64,000 nt of DNA from Octopus sinensis (Eukaryota): contig NC_043015.1 in assembly GCF_006345805.1 (NCBI RefSeq), forward strand, positions 35,898,001-35,962,000. The letters run 5' to 3'. The notes beneath the pieces were generated by a model, which saw only the letters and a list, made by a program, of their open reading frames with translations, was not told the DNA's origin and did not search any database. A program made the translations under genes and the position numbers. Position 1 is the first letter of the stretch; each line of letters starts with the position of its first letter. Below are positions 24,408 to 35,943 of this stretch, in pieces.

Positions 24408-26374
24408 GCTGCAATACTATGAAAAGCTTTTTGAAAATCCCTACAGTTTAACGTCTACTGACAGATATTCCCGACTTGCTTATCGAAATTGTCTCAAAAT
24501 CTATTTCTTCTTTCCAAAACAACTTTTCTTTTCTCTAACAACCAATTAATTCTATGTCACTTCTGATCAAATTTGCAAATGTAGAGAATACCAGAACACA
24601 CGGCTACCGCAGTTCCTTCAAAACATCTCTCTTCACCCCCTCAACACCTCACCGCATCTTGCGTGTTCTGTTTTTCGTCCGGAAAACAGAATTTGAAAGC
24701 ATCTTGTTTATATCATGTAACATCTTATTTTAGCGACTGCAAAATGGCCGAACCTCAGAAACAGCTGAAGTAAAACCACATTTCGTAGCAACAATGAAAA
24801 CTAACAATAAATGATGTCTTTCGAAATTGAAATCGTTAATCACTAAATTAATTAATTAATTTTACGTTTGTAGCAGCGTATTAGTTACATTGAAACCGTA
24901 ATCTGATATAGCTGATACTCTCAAAGAAGGGTTAAAAACCCGATTGATGTATGCGAGCCATAAGAATTAACCGATATATAGACGTAACAGTGATTACTAT
25001 GCCGGGTCTCTTATTCAACTGTCTGCCATTCATTTAGAAAGATCTCAAGAACAAACGACGGTGACTGATTCTATACGTCACCAGACTTCTTGAAAATAAA
25101 CAAACAGTCAATACTATTGTCTCGTGTCCCTTCTATTAAATGTTCGGGGGTGACGGTGCATCTGAGTATGGTCTTGTTCAGCCAGTTTTGTGCTGGGTTT
25201 GAGACAATGATAGTTGTAGGAGTGTTGGCGCGGGAAGAACTTATAAGCAATTTATAAGGTGCTATCGGTAATAAAATTAAGATGGTTTCACGTCAAAGGA
25301 CGTCTTATGCAAAATTCGTTGGGTTTTTTTTTATTAATGCAAAGGTGATGTTGAAATAAGTGAGGTCGGTTTCAAACGACGTAACCAATAATTGTTTTTA
25401 TGGAACCTGTTTTTTCTCATTTGGAGAATTACTAGACAAATCGTCAACACTATCACCTATAATAACATCAACAACAACTGCAGAACAGCGCATCGTAGTA
25501 CTCTAATATGTAGCATTACGATTAAACAATGGAATTTAAAGCAACGTCTAACTTAAATTTAAATGCACGGTTGCAGTCTAATGGGTTTGAGTGGTGAAGA
25601 TCATAAGGTCTCGGTTTAATGCCTGTACATTATGTATTGCACGTGAGTAGATTAACGAGAATATTAAAGGAGCCGTGAATCAGTACATCGGAGAAAACAC
25701 TCAATAAAACTACACAGATCACATATGACATTTGTTGTATGAAGCAAATGCATGCCAACTATTTAATAGACGAATATATAACCAAGAACCTTATAAAGAA
25801 TAATGCAAAATATAAGTCACAGCCGATTGTAAACTGAAGCTAACCATTTACGAGAGAAGCACCTAAATCCTAACCTTCCAAATCAGTAACATACCACAAG
25901 CATGTAAACCTGAGGGAAAGCTCCATTTTATATTTTTAAGTTTATGATTTTGCTCTGCAACTGTTAAAATATTGTTAGTAACAAGAGAACTGGTAACCAT
26001 GTTCATAGTCTCAGTATACAGCTACTACAATAAAATGTTTCTTCATCTGTACCAAATGTATCTTTGTGTACAATGTTTTCTAGTTCTGCGTTTGACAAAC
26101 TTCTTCCTGCTTTCTTTCTGCTTTGTTTCGAGAATTACTTTTTCTTTTTGTCAATGGCCAACATGAAGAAATAAAATTCGTCTGATAAACAACAAAACCA
26201 TTGTGCCTAGAACGTGTACGTTTTAAACTTGCCGAAACTATTCGTATGCGAGGAAATTTAATACAACACAGTTCTAGGCCTAGTAGAATTATTTTGCTTG
26301 ATAGAACGCTTTGAAAAATACGTCAGACAATGTCAGTCGTGAAAAACAACAACAACACCAATACATTCTATTAA

Positions 26375-26568
26375 AAGCACAAAGTCTGAAATTTGCGGGG
26401 AAGGGACAAGTCAATTACATCAACCTCAGTGCTCCACTGGTTCTAATTTTATCGAACCCGAAAGGCAAAGTGGACATCCGCAGCATTTGAATTCAGAACG
26501 CAAGAACGGACGAAATTCTCCAAAGCATTTTGCCCGGCGTGCTAACGATTCTGCCAGCTCTGCGCCGT
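26375..26568 (-). mobile_element. SINE family A
   Basis: Reverse complement of head and body; upstream flank is (ATT)n on the SINE strand. Confidence 0.85.
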
Positions 26569-26888
26569 AACAATATCAATAATAATAATAATAATAATGA
26601 TGGTCACTGCCGTCAGTTTCGATATATGAGTGTTTGAATGTATCTTGTTTGGTCGCATCGTGACAAATTTTACGCCATGCAGATCAATCAAGGCAATGAT
26701 TTTCACAAGCTTCAACTTAACTTACGCTTAAGTTTAGATCTTCTTTGCTGTGATATCCTTCCCCTTTTTGGACATACAGAGGAATTTTTGCGAATAATAA
26801 AAATAATAATGATAATAACAATAATAACAAGAACAATATTAATAATAACAACAAAACTAACAACAACAACAACAACAATAATAATAAG

Positions 26889-27800
26889 ATGACTGGATGC
26901 TAAAACTTGTCTCAAACCATGAAAACAAGAAAACAAAACAGGCAAAGGAATGTATAAGTGAATTCCAAATACAACAAATTCCGGAATTAGACCTACTAGA
27001 AAGAAGCACAGAAAAATTTAAGCGTATGACAATCTGTGCTTAAACTGCTGTGTTAGATATTCTGACTGATGATTGGCAAGAAAAACATCTCAATGGAAAA
27101 TACCCAAAGAGAGCTAATAGTGCCGATGTTGACAAAGCACTTACTCATCGATGGCTAATGGCTTCTGGCTTAAAATCAGAAACAGGAGGGTTTATCATAG
27201 TAGGCCAAGATTAATGCATTCCTACAAGGCGCTACCAGGTCAAAATATTGAATAACGGCAGCTGCCTATCATGTCGTGTATGTCAACAACAAAAGGATCA
27301 TATTGTCTCCATGTGCAGTCTTCTTTCGCCTACAGAGTATTTCAACAGGCATGATAGGACAGCACAATATATTCACTGGGTAATTTGCAAAAGCCTGGAC
27401 CTTCCCCGTGATAAAAACTGATGGGAACACAAACCCCCTCCAGTGTTTGAAAATGATCGCATCTCACTCATCTGGATCTTCACCATTCAAATTGACATAA
27501 ATATAGATGCAAATAGGCCAGACATCATATTGAAAGACTTCAGACGAAAATTATGCCTCCTCATTCATATTACTGTCCCAATCAATATAAAGGTATTTGT
27601 GAAGACCTACCAAAAATTGAGCCAGTATAAAGATTTTGAAATTGAAATTGGCAAAATGTGAAACCTGAAGACTAAAACAATACCTGTTGTCATAAGTGCC
27701 CGAGGAATGATAGCAAAATGGGCTGATTGCTACCTAACTCAGATACCAGAAAACCCCAAATTGGCAGAAATTCAAGAGATAGTGCTCATGGGATCTGCAA
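26889..27800 (+). mobile_element. R4/Dong-like 3' fragment (CCHC knuckle plus RLE)
   Basis: WQEKHLNGKY, WLMASGLKSETGGFII, CRVCQQQKDHIVSMC, NRPDIILKD...KLSQYKD, IVLMGSA; preceded by (AAT/AAC)n. Confidence 0.9.
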
Positions 27801-28967
27801 TGGGCAACAATCTATTGTTTTCGAATGGAGGTTGAAGAGCTAAACGGGTTTTGTCCGCGGGTAGATTAGTGATGATATTTTGAAGTTAAAAACTGTATTA
27901 AAAATGTACATATAATGTATGGAAATGTTCCTAAGCTCAGTCATGCTAGGAAAATGTAGAGATGATACTAAATAAAGATTTTAAATCTTATCTTGGCTGA
28001 TTTAAAAATGTAAATCCGGAGAAATTCAACCAATACTAATCACAATCAAAGCCAAAATAATATTTAAATAAAAGCAGCAACAACAACCGCAATCATACCA
28101 AACGAATTCACAAATAAATCAAATAAATATGAACGAAAACATACAATATTACTCAACAACAAAACAAGCCAAAATTTAATTAAAAAGACCAACTACAACA
28201 GCGAGAAAAGCAAAAAGAAAAGCCACAGCATAAACGAAAATTGTAAGTTGAAAACTTTCAACAATTAAGATCAATATCCAGCTAATACTGTAATAATTCC
28301 AGTCTTGGAGAAATGATAACTGTTATTGACGATAACAGCGGTGTATCTTAGCTATAAATTATCCTTTAATTTGAGAACATTGAACCGAAATATGCCATCG
28401 TCTTACTCATTAATTATATAAATCAAACAAGTTTTCGAAATCGTAAATAAAAAACACAAGAAAAATGTAAATAAATGTAAAATTTGATAGTAATATAAAT
28501 AAGGATAATAGAGTTGACGATGATGATGTTGGTAATAATATAAACAATATCAATAGTAATAATGAAAACATTAATGATAATAATAATGCTAATATTACAA
28601 ATAATCAAATATGACAAAATAATATAACGAATATCGACTGAAATGAAATCAGGAAAGTAATATGGAGTTGAATTTTATTTCTTTTTCGACATTTTTTTAT
28701 CGTTTACGTATTTTATTATATTTATTTTACTATTCTAAATTCTCTTTTGGAAAAGAATTTATTCTCACATAACAAGACATCCAGTTTTCGGATTTTACGA
28801 CGATGCATCATAAAAATATAGAATACCTATACATACATACACACATATATACATCCATATATGATCAAAATGCGTTACGTAATATATATATGTATAACCG
28901 TATGCATGTAACTATCTATCTATCTTTCTCTCTCTCTCTCTCTCTCACTATATATATGTGCGTGTGT

Positions 28968-29019
<52 letters not shown>

Positions 29020-29996
29020 ACACTCACATGTATATCTGTAAATATACTGACAACTGAATATATCTACACATATAAATTTACATACGTACACTCATACACA
29101 CACATATATATTGAAATCTAAATACAGCTACACATATAAAGATATATACGCACACACGTACCTATATAATACATAACATGATATTTGAATACTTGTGAAT
29201 TTGCGTGTATGTGTATGTGTAAAGACAGTGTAAAATGTGTATACTTCTTTGCATTTGTATATGTGTGTATTTTTCATGTGTGACTTGGTGTGTGTGTAGA
29301 TTTAAGAAATATATTGCTTTTGAGCCGAGCCGACTCACACAGTCAATGGGCAGACCGATAATAAAATGGATCACTCACAGGAATCGAAACCTCGTTCTTT
29401 TCTTTGGTGCTATGCTGTAATTACAAGAATAAAACATGATTTCCGACAATTATAACTTATTTGTCCAGTCATATACTGATTTCAAAGGGAAAATTGCACA
29501 CAAACTGTAAAGATGTGGTGTCTAGTTCGATCCAACACGCAGGACATTAAAAACGTATTTTCTACCATAAATTCGTGTCGACCAACAGCTATGCGAAAGA
29601 AATTTAATAGGCAATAAAAAGGGAAACGCAAAACACCTTGTGGATGCATTATTGCCGTGAGGGACTTTGTACCAATAATGAACGTACGCACTGATCCTAT
29701 TTCATATGTCAGTCGGTTAATTTGCTAGATTGCTGACACATTTAATACGGCGTCCTCATGAATCGCGCTATTTCGTCTCTGTATTTTTCTCGTAGAATCT
29801 ATGCTACGGGCATTCCCATAAAAGCTCTTGCCGGGATATGACTTACTCCCGCCCTTTCAATACTCAAAGAGAATATAATGTTCAATCTGTGTACAAGCAA
29901 TAAAGGGTCTATAAAATATATAAAGTGTTAGTGTGAGTATATTTATAAATATATATAAATATCCATTTATCTATCTATCTATATACATACATATAA

Positions 29997-30070
<74 letters not shown>

Positions 30071-31032
30071 ATAAGGAATAATTGAGATTCAATTGAATTA
30101 GGTACTTAAGTTAAAGCACCAAACAGTGCGATATTATCCGTACAATTCAAAGTAAAGTGAATAAAATCACCTATAAATAACGTGTTGCTTCTTTTGATAT
30201 ATATATTTATATAAGTATAAACATGTGTATGTGTGTATTTATTGCCATTTTCCTCCTTAAATTTGCTCAGACCTAGTTATTTTGAAAGTAACAAATATTT
30301 CCATTAACGTAATTTTAGGAATTATCAGATTTACAAAAGATAATCGTTTTCTTTTCCACCTAACCAATTATATTCTCGTGCGTCCCTTAAACACACGAAA
30401 TACTTTTCATAATATTTTCTTAACATTATTCTGCCTATTATACCAAACACAGTACGAACCTGGCAGCGGTTTAATACATTTTAAAAGTTAAACCGAAGAT
30501 GTTTATTCGATAAACCCCTTGTCATATTGTTTTGTAAAATATACTTTCGTGATCTGCTAGAATACATAACACCATTGTTTAATCGTCGCTGTTTGTCTAG
30601 TCAGCTATAAATTCCTCTTCACGTACCGTGAATGGAAAATAATAAACAGGTGTCCAGCTGTGCTGGCTTCCATTCTGTACTGGTATTTCATTAGGATGTG
30701 TGCGATGTTCTCCTTAAAGAACTCAAGTATACTGGATAGTCACTTCCGAGGCCGAGTCAGGCGCGTGTGAACGATGTCGGGAGAACCTCTGCTACGAATG
30801 ATATTTTTTGACACTCGCACTTCTAAAACGACTGCTGAACAATAATAACTTAACTGCCACCAGTCTCCAGAAAAGGAACCCGAGCTATTAGTTAAAATGA
30901 CATACTTGAAGTCAGTATTGGCAGAAATTAAATCAGCTTGCAAATACACGTTCACTTTACTAAATTTATACTTGGGCAAAGCCCAAACAGCCCGTTGCCG
31001 GAGTCGCCACTAGTGTATGTATCACACACACA

Positions 31033-31075
<43 letters not shown>

Positions 31076-31084
31076 TATACATAC

Positions 31085-31149
<65 letters not shown>

Positions 31150-31819
31150 ACTGTTATTACCTTTCAGGAATATTTACAGTTCATTCGCTTCGCCTGATCA
31201 CTCCTCATGTAAGTTCTCAGGCCACCGGAAGCAATATACATGTACATACATGATGGCTGTCTATTCATGACCGAGGAAAACAATCGCTGACCATTGCCCA
31301 TGCAAAAGTTTAGACCATTGTGGTCGGCTTCATTTAGGCTTTCGCACACACATTCTATGCTTGCTGTGGGGCCTTTTCCTTGGGCGAGCATCGGAATTTC
31401 ACGCGACGATCGTGTAATCCAGAATTTTAAGTCTAATAAGGCTTGTACAAACTGTAAAATATTCACCCTACTGGAATGTTCCAGAGACAAGCCAGGGCAC
31501 GATACCCTGTGCCAAACGAGTCTCAAGGTCACGGATAAGGGAGCGCAATGAGCTTCAGCGCAAGCAAAAGATCTCCAACATGTGCATTCTCATTCCCTGC
31601 ATTTCAAATTTTATATCATACTGGCGTTTTTCTTTGAGGCATGTTTTAGCAAAAGTTGAGGGATACCTCACTCCCAGTGGTGTTTCAGGAAGTCGCACAC
31701 CGTTCTAAGATTCCTGTGGGTCGTTGCTAATATGCATATATACCTACGTCGGAAGGATAACCCCGAGGAGAAAGAAATAAGAACCGACGGTATAGCAGAA
31801 GCCATAGCAACGCATAATA

Positions 31820-32260
31820 AAAAATGAGCACTAGTGGAACTTCGATAAAATATAAGTTCAAGAAACCTGATTTAATGATGTGTGATATACAACAGAATTT
31901 GTGAACAGTTGTGGAATGATTACCTAAAGCTGGAGATCAGTGAAAAATAGAATGCCTACGCTGAACTATTGAAAAATCTGCAGTTACTCTATCCAGATTG
32001 CGAATTCAGGTTTATAAGTGTAATTAATAGGGCGCTGGGACTGAGAATTTAGGCTTCTCAAAACCACAAAGGAGAAAGCTAATTCGAACACTACAGATCC
32101 AACGCATCACTAGAACTGTAAAAATCTGTAAAACTTTCCAGAAGTTTATCATTTAAGTATATATGAGCATGTCTAGATATGCAAGTATATGCATACGGAT
32201 ACATATATAAGATAAAATGTACAAGTCTGTACATTTACATACATACAAGCATACCTTTAT
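31820..32260 (+). mobile_element. RLE-type non-LTR element 3' end (different subfamily)
   Basis: KKPDLMMCD, NAYAELLKNLQLLYPD, GALG, KLIRTLQIQ, TVKICKTFQKF* followed by a short UTR. Confidence 0.65.
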
Positions 32261-32491
32261 ATATATGTGTATGCATGTCCCAACCTGGAACATTGAAGAC
32301 TGTTTTAATGCAAGAAAGTATACTAGTCCCTTAATATTTTATATTCAATATTTCATCTATTCAATAAGACAATCAATACCTCGTTTCATTTGACTATATA
32401 TACTATTTATATTATGCATTCTATATTCTACATTAATATTATAAAGAATATAAATAAAGCATAAAAAACAGAGTTGGAATCTCTTTGAATA

Positions 32492-32620
<129 letters not shown>

Positions 32621-32845
32621 GTATATATATATATATGTATATATATATATACACATACATATATATTTATATATATATAAAATCGTGCATATTCTCATAC
32701 ATTTGTACATAAGGTTAAAATTATGGTGCCTGGAATCAGCTTCATCTAGTCTCTCACCTATAAGTCTCTCTATCTGTCTGTCTACATACATACATGCTTA
32801 CATTCATACATACATACATACATACATCCATCCATACATACATAC

Positions 32846-32876
<31 letters not shown>

Positions 32877-32886
32877 CATACATACA

Positions 32887-32917
<31 letters not shown>

Positions 32918-33859
32918 CAATATACATATATGCATAGTATTACAAGAATAAGTAAAAAACGTTAATTCTTGGATTAGAACATGGAAAATACAAATGGAAT
33001 GCTGGGAGAGAATAGAATTTAATTATGGAAGTGTGTTTTATATTTTTCCTTCACCTACCTTATATACTTTTGTAGCCATAGTTTTCGGACTTGCCTGCTG
33101 TTTTTCATCTCCAGTTTTGTTGTTTTTGTATGTGTGTGTTTATGTTTTAGCTTATTCTTTAGTTAGCCATTATTTTCTTTTGTTCTGCACCTTTTTTATG
33201 TTCTTGGTTTTCTTCGTTGCTTTGCTTAAAGCACTCAGCGTGTTTTGATAAAATAAAATGTCAAAGAAAAATAAAATGTAAAAGAAAGAAAAATACAAGC
33301 AGAATGAAAATGATAATGAAACGAAGTAGATGAGATAACTAATAGTATTATGGTCGGACTTTTCAGAAGAAGCTGGGAAAGGCAAAAACATAATTGAAAT
33401 AAAAACAGAAAACAAGTAAAAGACACAACAAAAGATAACAATAAAATAAATATAGAAATAAATATCACAATTTTTAAAAGTGAAAGTAAAGTAAATGCTA
33501 AACAACGAAAACGGAAAATGTGTAAATTGATAAAAAAGAAAAAAAGTTTTCAATTTGCTTATTTGATGATATTATTTAGAGTAGGAAATATTTCAAGAGG
33601 AAGAACCGACAACAACGAAAACAACAACAACAATAAGAATAACTGTATGGGAACTAGTGTGATGTTGTAGTTGTTTTTGTTGCTTTATTTCTCTTTCGAT
33701 CTTTTCGCTTTTTTTTTTGTTTCGTTTACCTCCAGGTCAGTCTTGATCAAGCTGTTTTTCCTCAGCCAAAATCCTTCTAGATGCGATCATTCACTCTAAT
33801 TTGCATATTTGTATATATGCGTGTCCGTGTGTGCGTGTCCGTGTGTCTGTGTAACTGTG

Positions 33860-33940
<81 letters not shown>

Positions 33941-34010
33941 ATATGTATATATATATATAGGTATATACATATGTACGTACATGTGTATACGCATGTAATT
34001 AGGTATCATT

Positions 34011-34281
34011 TGTGTTCTTGAGCAAGACACTTTATTTCACTTTGCTCCAGGAGGATCTATTGGAAAAAGTGAGTTGTACCTGTATTTCAAGCAGTCAGAC
34101 AGTTCCAATTCTGTGTCTCATTGGATCTGACTGAACACTCCACAGACACACCTACCCTGAGCTAGGTTCAGGGTGGGTGTGTCTGTGGAGTGTTCAGTCA
34201 TTTGCACGTTAATTTCACGCGCAGACTTCTTCCGTGATCGAATCAACTGGAACACACTTCATCGTAATTGACGGAGTGCCA
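34011..34281 (+). mobile_element. SINE (family B-type 3' domain), 5' truncated, with internal fold-back
   Basis: GTGTTCTTGAGCAAGACACTT motif and a 3' domain matching 21085-21195; 33-bp inverted duplication at 34128-34200. Confidence 0.75.
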
Positions 34282-34521
34282 CCTTACATATATATATATA
34301 TATATAATATATATATACAGACTTTTTCATATATATATTATATATATATATTTTTTTTTTAATAATTTTTTTTTCCGACGAAGTTTTCCGCTCGAAACGT
34401 CAAACCCTCCTTCTTCCCTTCTTTCCTGAGCGTCCAATAATACTTTATTTGTTCTACATCCTTGCGTTGTTGTTTTTTGTTTTCTTATTTGGTTTATATA
34501 TATATATATATATACATATAC

Positions 34522-34572
<51 letters not shown>

Positions 34573-35515
34573 TCAATACAAAACGGGACAAGAACGCAAA
34601 ACATTCAGATAGAGGATACAAAGAAAACAAGGACGAGTCATTCGGAGGTTTCTTTCCTCAGTCGAGTTTAGGTTGGCTATACTCGAAGTTGCTCCAATCT
34701 GGCCAGCCTCAAGGAAAAACTAAGCTAAGTGCATATGATTCCTTGAAAGAAAGCAACGAATATAAACGAAAACAAGGACGGAAGAAATATATACGAAATA
34801 TATACGAAAACAAAGACGGAGAATGTTACACAAATAAAAATAACAGAACATAACAACAGGTATCATTCGACGAATTAAATTAAGCTGGCGTGTGTGGAAA
34901 TAAAGCCTAACGGCAGGAATACAAGTTTTCTCAGGTACAGGGAGGAATATAGATGTACCACGGACGACGGACGAACCAAGAAAGAAAGATTAGGCTTGGC
35001 CGAACACCACTCAGGTGGGGAGAGAAGAGAAAGATGTAGAGGCAAAGGGATAGAAGAATTAAGGAGGGGCGAGAAAAAATGACATGGACACAGTAAAGTG
35101 AAAAGAGGAGGGAAAGTGAGCAAGAAGAGAAAGCAGGGAAATATGAGAGAGGGGAAACGAAAGAACGAAGAGTGGAATGAACCGATAAGCGTGAAGGGGC
35201 TGATAGAAAGAAATAATAGAGCCGTACAAGATTTAGATAACTATATACTTACATATGAGACCAAAATGTACGCACGCCGCTATATATATATATATATATA
35301 TATACACACAACCGTTCACACCATTTCTAAAAATAGCAACCATCCTTGCTAAACACACGTACAAGACTGGAGATGAATAAACATGGTTGGTCATTCCCCT
35401 AAAATTCTGTATAAATACTTAAATATGGTTTCTGATGAAGTTTGACAAAGCAATACACGCTTTCTCCTATCAAATGCTGTCTACGAATTATTTATGTGCT
35501 TCTATACAATCATGA

Positions 35516-35925
35516 TTTTTGATGAACTTATAAATAATTATGAATTTATTTTACTACCTTTTCTTAACACTTTATGTAAACTGTTTAAACACAAACACCC
35601 TCTAAACATTTTCTTATCTTTGTCAAAGATTCTATTTCTTAACATTTTCTTATTCTTATCAAAGTCTCTATCACTGTATTTTAATACATCTATGTGAATC
35701 ATTTCAAAAGTAAAATGTAAGGCTTTGTGTAGCCTTTGTGTTGTTAAAAATTGTTAACGTAGATGTATTAAAATACAGTGATAGTGTCTTTGATAAGAAT
35801 AAGAAATAGAATATTTGACAAAGATAAGAAAATGTTAAGAGAGGCTTTTGGTTTAAACAGTTTACATAAAAGTGTTCAAAAAAGGTAGTAAAATAAATTC
35901 CTAATTATTTACGAGTTACAAAAAT
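35516..35925. repeat. Imperfect ~175-bp inverted repeat (fold-back/MITE-like), arms 35516-35692 and 35760-35925
   Basis: For example CACTGTATTTTAATACATCTA vs TAGATGTATTAAAATACAGTG, and AATTTATTTTACTACCTTTT vs AAAAGGTAGTAAAATAAATT. Confidence 0.85.
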
Positions 35926-35943
35926 TTTACGAGTTATAAAAAA

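Noticed and set aside
27064-27092. CTGATGA TTGGCAA GAAA hammerhead-like string
   Set aside because: Inside LINE coding sequence (WQEKH); stems II and III cannot form.
27800-28000. Possible NUMT
   Set aside because: Translation in the invertebrate mitochondrial code gave no recognisable mitochondrial protein or RNA.
29790-29930. Splice-like signals on both strands (acceptor TTTCTCGTAG on +; donor GGA|GTAAGT on -)
   Set aside because: Short frames, no recognisable product, mutually inconsistent strands.
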